Assembly: GCA_033853815.1 (NCBI GenBank)
Contig: JAWOLE010000092.1
Coordinates: 1-39,254 of the forward strand
Source of the DNA: Thermoanaerobaculia bacterium
GTDB taxonomy: Bacteria > Acidobacteriota > Thermoanaerobaculia > UBA5066 > Gp7-AA6
Length of the DNA: 39,254 nucleotides
Direction: 5' to 3'
Under the pieces are notes generated by a model that was not told the origin of the DNA, made no database searches, and worked only from the letters and a program-made list of their open reading frames with translations. Positions 36,873 to 39,254 of this stretch are shown piece by piece. Every line of letters begins with the position of its first letter. The first letter of the stretch is position 1. The position numbers were made by a program, and so were the translations under genes.

Positions 36873-38333
36873 TCACTTCGGTGACGGTGGCGGCCCGGTG
36901 GTGAAGGCGGCGAGAAACGCGGCGGGGAATGAAGCCACCGTCCGCACACGGCCTCGGGCGGAGAGAGACTGCTCGAGGCGCGGCGTCCAGAAGGGGCGAT
37001 CGAAAAGGAGGAAGACGGTGTGGTCCGTCCCGGCGCGCGAGGCGTTCTCCACGAGACGGTTCTCCTCTTCCTGCGACGGGTGCTGCTGGAGAAACCAGCC
37101 GGGATGGTTGGCAAGGTCGGCCGGGAAGGCGGCGAGGTCGGCCGCGAGCAGGCCACGATCCCGCGCGAGGCGCGCCGGCAGGTACATGGTGGCTGTCGCC
37201 ACGACGAGGTCGCCCTTTCGAGCCTCCGACTCGACACTCGGGATCAGGTCGGAGGAGGGGCGGGGCCGCGTCGGCGCCGTGAGCAGGAGAAGGCTCGCGA
37301 CGGCCGCGATGAGGGAGGCCGCGGCGACGCCTCGCCGCACCGCGCCCGACCCTTCCGCTTTTCGCGCCAGGAGCCAGAACCAGATCGGAAGGACCGTCAT
37401 CTCGGTCCGGCCGGCGAAGGCGACCGGGCGTCCGAGCGAGGCCGCGAGGACGCTTCCGAGCGTCAGTAGAAGGGTGGCGATTCCCAGTCGGTCCTCGGCG
37501 TCGTGGGGGCGCCTGAGGGCGAGGAACAGGAGCGCGGCCCCGGCGGCGCAGGCAAGCCACAACAGCGGCTCGGGCAGCCGCGGGCCGAAGGGCGCCGAGA
37601 CGCGCAGGGCGCCTCCCAGAGCGGCGAGGAAGCCGGCCGCGGCGACCTGCGGCGGCTCCCGCATCCAGGCGGTGGCGGCCCGCGGCTGCGCGATGAGGAC
37701 CGGCGACCAGGGTAGGAAGAGGACGAGTCCCGCCGCGAGCGCCAGAGCAGAGCGCCGGCGCCCCTGGGTGACGGATGCTAGCAGAAGGGAACCCACGAGG
37801 AAGAGCGCCAGGTAGTGCGTCCACAGGGCAAAGGCCGCCGCGAGCGCGATCGCCGCGAATCCGCGCCAGCCGGCCGCATCGGCGGCCACGAGAAGAAAGA
37901 GCAGGAATCCGACGAGGGCGAGCACGGCGTAGGCCCGGGCCTCGGCCGAGTAGAGAAGAAAGAAGGGCGAGCAGGCCGCGAGCAGGAGGAAATAGCCGCG
38001 CGAGCGGCCCGGCGGGAGCGATCGAGCGCCGGCGAAGAGAATCGCGAGCGCCAGGAAGGGAAGGAGCCGTGCCGTCGAGTCGGGCAGCGCGAGCGCTTCC
38101 GCGGCTCGCACGAGCGGCTTCTCGAGGAGATAGAAGAGCGGCGGCCCGGAATCGAGGGCGAGCGCGTGCAGCAGGTGGGGCGGCGAGAGCCTCGCGGCCC
38201 AGAGCGTGAAGATCTCATCGTGCCAGAGAGGCCGCGTGGCGAGCAGCCACACGCGCGCGGCGACCGAGAGGGCCGCGAGGGCCACCACCGCGGCCGCCGC
38301 GATCCGTTCGCGGTTGTCTGTCTCTGTTTTGAT
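36873..38333 (-). CDS. GT39/PMT-like GT-C glycosyltransferase
   Basis: PLWHDEIFT, DSGPPLFYLL, YSAEARAYA, WTHY, FLPW motifs; frame open to ATC at 38333 (first canonical start is GTG 38288), so start is uncertain. Confidence 0.75.
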   Translation of the reverse strand: MKTETDNRERIAAAAVVALAALSVAARVWLLATRPLWHDEIFTLWAARLSPPHLLHALALDSGPPLFYLLEKPLVRAAEALALPDSTARLLPFLALAILFAGARSLPPGRSRGYFLLLAACSPFFLLYSAEARAYAVLALVGFLLFLLVAADAAGWRGFAAIALAAAFALWTHYLALFLVGSLLLASVTQGRRRSALALAAGLVLFLPWSPVLIAQPRAATAWMREPPQVAAAGFLAALGGALRVSAPFGPRLPEPLLWLACAAGAALLFLALRRPHDAEDRLGIATLLLTLGSVLAASLGRPVAFAGRTEMTVLPIWFWLLARKAEGSGAVRRGVAAASLIAAVASLLLLTAPTRPRPSSDLIPSVESEARKGDLVVATATMYLPARLARDRGLLAADLAAFPADLANHPGWFLQQHPSQEEENRLVENASRAGTDHTVFLLFDRPFWTPRLEQSLSARGRVRTVASFPAAFLAAFTTGPPPSPK

Positions 38334-38351
38334 GGCTTATCCTAAGTTAAC

Positions 38352-38429
38352 TGATGATTGAAGATTGACGATTGATGATTGAAGAGAGCCGGTTCCTCAA
38401 TCGACAATCGTCATTCGGCAATCGTCAAT
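38352..38429. repeat. Heptamer array with inverted counterpart (TGANGAT x5 / ATCGNCA-like x5)
   Basis: tgatgat tgaagat tgacgat tgatgat tgaagag ... ttcctca atcgaca atcgtca ttcggca atcgtca; supplies the start codon of the next gene. Confidence 0.85.
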
Positions 38430-39254
38430 GGGTCGCGCCGGCCGCGCTCTTTCTGCTGCTCGTTGCCGCCGTGTACGCGGACCCTCTCCTGCTCCGCCGC
38501 AACTTCGCCGGGCGGGATCTGCTGTCCTACAACCTCCCGATGGAGAAGGCGATTCACGACGCCTGGGCCTCCGGTCGCCTGCCTGTCTGGATGGCGGACA
38601 TCTCGGGGGGCCGTCCGCTCCTGCCCAATCCCAACGCCGGCGCGCTCTATCCGGGGCGGGCCGTACTCTCGCTGCTCGCCTTTCCGGCGGCCATGCGGCT
38701 CTTTCCCGTCCTCCACTGGGTGCTGGCCGGGGCGGGAGTGATCTGCCTGCTGACGTCGATCGGGGCCTCCCCGGGAGCGGCCTGGATAGCCGCCGTCACC
38801 TACGACTTCTCCGGCGTCGTGGCCGCGGAATCCTTCTTTCCGCACTACATGCCCGGCATGGCGCTCCTGCCCTGGATCCTCTGGGGAATCGAGCGCGCCG
38901 GCTTGCCGCGCGGGAGGATCCTCGCCCTCTCGGTCCTCTTCGCGCTCGAGTTCCTCGCGGGCGACGTCTTCCAGATCGCCGTCGTCATCGCGGCTTCGCT
39001 TCTCTGGATCCTTCTCGAGGTGGAACGCGCCCTTCGCGCCCGCCGCCTGTCGGCGTTGGCCCTGGCCCTCTTCTTCGGCGCTCTCGCGGCCGCGCCTCAG
39101 ATCGTCGCGACGGCCCTCTGGATCCCGCAGACGCGGCGCGCGGTGACCGGGATTCCGCTCCGGGACTCGCTGCTCTACTCGATCTCCCCCTTCCGGCTGC
39201 TGGAGTTCGCCGTGCCCTATCCCTTCGGTCCCATCGCCACGGACCCGGCCCGCC
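38375..39254 (+). CDS. Second YfhO-like GT-C membrane protein, 3' end outside window
   Basis: Not in the ORF track. Manual translation: MIEESRFLNRQSSFGNRQWVAPAALFLLLVAAVYADPLLLRRNFAGRDLLSYNLPME...GRLPVW..DISGGRPLLPNPNAGALYP; paralogous to the N-terminus of 25692-28094. Confidence 0.78.
   Translation, partial: MIEESRFLNRQSSFGNRQWVAPAALFLLLVAAVYADPLLLRRNFAGRDLLSYNLPMEKAIHDAWASGRLPVWMADISGGRPLLPNPNAGALYPGRAVLSLLAFPAAMRLFPVLHWVLAGAGVICLLTSIGASPGAAWIAAVTYDFSGVVAAESFFPHYMPGMALLPWILWGIERAGLPRGRILALSVLFALEFLAGDVFQIAVVIAASLLWILLEVERALRARRLSALALALFFGALAAAPQIVATALWIPQTRRAVTGIPLRDSLLYSISPFRLLEFAVPYPFGPIATDPAR

Overview
High-GC (roughly 70%, estimated by eye) bacterial DNA. Gene content and style suggest Acidobacteriota (possibly Thermoanaerobaculia), but this is inference only. 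Three blocks: (i) an FtsX/MacB-type ABC permease (truncated at the left edge) whose probable ATPase lies 13 kb away at 14924-15619; (ii) between them, a GT-C membrane gene and a minus-strand operon resembling the anaerobic purine/urate degradation cluster (Mo-hydroxylase, two fold-type II PLP enzymes, ssnA, a shortened ygfK, ygeW, ygeY); (iii) a cell-surface glycosylation region of more than 23 kb with wzm/wzt, a PAP2 phosphatase, arnB-arnC-split arnA-arnD, two more polyprenol-P GT2s (one fused to a methyltransferase), an archaeal-AglB-like STT3 oligosaccharyltransferase with an altered WWDYG motif, and six further GT-C-like membrane proteins. Two non-coding features stand out. One is a ~360-bp multi-stem element present in three diverged intergenic copies, bounded by 16-bp inverted repeats, with compensatory stem changes and an inverted core in one copy. 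The other is about ten 7/8-mer tandem arrays of mostly different sequence, seven of them paired with their reverse complement. Several first genes have a TANNNT box 5-7 nt before the start codon, suggesting leaderless mRNAs. No rRNA, tRNA, CRISPR array or transposase was seen. All calls are by eye from motifs; no searches were run.
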